Positions 61,901-64,000 of a stretch of DNA of 64,000 nucleotides are shown here, piece after piece (position 1 is the first letter of the stretch; each line of letters begins with the position of its first letter). Origin of the DNA: Chrysomallon squamiferum (taxonomy: Eukaryota; Animalia; Mollusca); contig CM022666.1 of NCBI GenBank assembly GCA_012295275.1, positions 10,354,001-10,418,000 of the forward strand, in the 5' to 3' direction. A program made the translations under genes and the position numbers. The notes below the pieces were generated by a model that was not told the DNA's origin, ran no database searches, and saw nothing but the letters and a program-made list of their open reading frames with translations.

Positions 61901-63827
61901 CCTTTTCATTTTATGAATTTGTGTACATGTAAATACAACATGTAATTTTCTGTACATCTGTATGTTTGTCAGTATGACTGAAGATAAGACTTTGTATGTT
62001 ATAGATAACCATATTACTGCAGTACACACTAAGATTTTCTGTTGAGACAAGTGCTCGATTTTCTTCTGTTCAGCGAATAACAGACTACATTGAGGTATGT
62101 AAGAATTAATGAATTTTTAATACATTTGCTGGCAAAATGAAATGAAAAAGTCACTGGTAATAATATGTAACAAAGAGTTGTTTTATCTCTGTAGACCTGG
62201 CTATGGCTTGACGTGTCTCACGATCAATCCTCCATTGGTGTCACAACCATTGCCATGAAAGATAACACTAAGTGTTTCATCTATGTGAAGGCAGATATAA
62301 AAGATCACTTGCTGCTTGTTGTGGTAAGAGAAGCACATGGTTTTCATGATATATATAAAATAATAATTGTTGGTAAGATTGGTAACATGAATATTTTTTC
62401 AGAACTTACAGATTGAAGGTAATCCTGCAGGAGAAGCAACTCCTGTACCAGCAAGCTGGCCCAATGAAGGATACATCACATTTTCTAAATACAGGATGCG
62501 TTATGGTGATGGACTGCCACTTGTTCTGAAGGGAGTCACACTGAATATTCAGCCAAAGCAAAAAATTGGAATTGTTGGGCAATCTGGTTCAGGTAAGATA
62601 CTAATTACAGACTGTAGATCCACTTCGAACAATTCAAATTCATTAAAATCACTTTTTGAAATAGACTGAACAGTGAAAACAATCAGTATATATAATAAAT
62701 AAACAGATATCACTAACTCTAGATCAACCTGAAAGAATTCAAATTTATCAAAGTCATATAGCATTTAATTAGACTGATCCTTGTATATTGAATAAACCAG
62801 CTGAATTTTTGAGATGTTAGTAATAAAATAAAGTTACTGCACTTTGTGATAGTTTAATTTTATTTAAATACTGATTGTTCTGTTAGGAAAATCATCTCTT
62901 GGTGTTGCTCTTTTTCGACTGGCTGAGGCTGCTTCAGGTGCTATAACAATTGATGGACGAAATATTCGTGATGTGAAGTTGACTGACCTTCGTTCTAAGT
63001 TAACAATTCTTGTACAAGACCCAGTATTGTTTGTAGGCACAGTTAGGTAAGATTTCTAGAGGTAGTTAACAGTTCTGTATTTGTTGTAAATTATGGTTGT
63101 TTATTTAAATATTTACTATTTTGTTAAAATATGGCTTTGTGTTATCACTGGTTTGCAAAATTAGTTCTATTTTATTTTACAGACAACAATTTAATGTATT
63201 ATTTTGATGAAATATAACATGAAATATAACTTGTTACATCTGTTTTAGATATAACCTGGACCCTCTGGGATTGTGTCATTCTGACGATACAATCTGGCAA
63301 GCTTTGGAAAAGTGTCACATAAAGGAAAAGGTCAAACATACTTATTGGTTTAATAATGATGATAGTAACTTTAAATAAGTTTTTAATAAAAAGATAAAAA
63401 TGTAATGGAGAATATTAAATTTCATTTTTCTTAATACTATTGTTCACTTAAGCGCATATATGCATGTTCAGTTTTTTTTATTTTTATAATAAATATGTAA
63501 GTAACAGGTATCAGCTATAAAAGGGTAAAGCACAGGATATTGCAATATTACAGAATTCATGTAAATGTATGTAAACAGATATGTCATGTGTCAATTCTTT
63601 ATGAAAAAATTATTTTTGTTGTTTTACATAATTTTTATAATGGTCATTTTATGTAAATTGTAATATTTTTTTATTATAGTTATCTCTGGATTATATATTT
63701 GTTTTTGCTGCAGGTTGCAAGCTTAGAGAACAAACTGGATACTTTGGTAGAAGAAAACGGACGTAATTTTTCCACAGGAGAGAAACAGTTACTTTGTTTA
63801 GCAAGAGCTTTATTACGTCACACAAAG
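49061..63827 (+). CDS. ABCC5: ABC transporter subfamily C, ABCC5/MRP5-like (short MRP without TMD0); 3' end lies beyond the window
   Basis: 28 in-phase coding exons: 49061-49140, 49579-49749, 49836-49983, 50323-50470, 51677-51762, 52137-52310, 52700-52762, 53211-53295, 53680-53828, 54311-54418, 54706-54817, 55417-55604, 55975-56046, 56467-56591, 56847-56919, 57231-57434, 57769-57946, 58551-58697, 59092-59285, 59598-59744, 60196-60325, 60850-61132, 61509-61695, 62005-62094, 62403-62592, 62887-63046, 63249-63330, 63714-63827. NBD1: Walker A GMRGSGKT, signature [16 protein letters not shown], Walker B YLLDD. NBD2: GQSGSGKS, FSTGEKQ. ABCC5-like segments include [21 protein letters not shown] and [12 protein letters not shown]. 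Exact orthology within the ABCC5/11/12 clade is not established. Confidence 0.88.
54080..54158. repeat. (TAC)n/(TAT)n microsatellite
   Basis: Read directly from the sequence. Confidence 0.92.
58353..58506. repeat. Recent intronic tandem duplication (80-bp unit; second copy has a 9-bp deletion)
   Basis: aatatttctgagcgattgtttaaatattattttgtttgttattccca...tatgtccagaaattggttttatac starts at both 58353 and 58433. Confidence 0.92.
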
Positions 63828-64000
63828 GTATCATTTGAAATAAATTGCAAACTTGTACTGTTTTGTATCTGCTACAAAACTTTTTTTTTATTTGGAACAA
63901 TACTTGATTCACGACAGTTTCAATGGTTAGCGAAGCATTTTAACAATTTCTTCTCATTCATGTAAAAACAAAGGTTTCCATACAAAATGAAATAACAAAT

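Noticed and set aside
62190-62350. Possible degenerate SINE fragments (also about 5210-5340, 39650-39780, 42440-42540)
   Set aside because: The resemblance is only impressionistic; no clear A/B boxes, tail or TSD can be read without an alignment.

Overview
AT-rich, intron-rich animal genomic DNA. It is probably from a mollusc, inferred from the scallop-type myosin essential light chains. I reconstructed five spliced protein-coding genes by hand from GT-AG boundaries with continuous reading phase. (1) A complete Tctex1-domain dynein light chain, DYNLT2B/TCTEX1D2 (+, 3367-9665). (2, 3) Two convergent myosin essential light chain paralogues (+, 15632-25812; -, 28898-33888); the second has two alternative C-terminal exons. 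(4) A 184-aa leaderless protein (-, 37319-39997) that the ORF track largely misses. It has a three-fold beta-trefoil repeat, an IL-1-like C-terminal motif, an Asp at the expected pro/mature boundary and IL-1-type intron phases, so it is a candidate invertebrate interleukin-1-family cytokine and the most interesting item here. (5) A divergent ABCC5/MRP5-like transporter (+, 49061 to beyond the window, 28 coding exons seen). Between genes 4 and 5 is a three-level nest of DNA transposons: Tc1 > GG..CC element with 8-bp TSD > Tigger-like MITE. Other Tigger/pogo-derived MITEs, minisatellites, microsatellites and two weak candidates for spliced non-coding transcripts are also present. No rRNA, tRNA or CRISPR array was seen. 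Family assignments rest on recognised motifs, not database searches.
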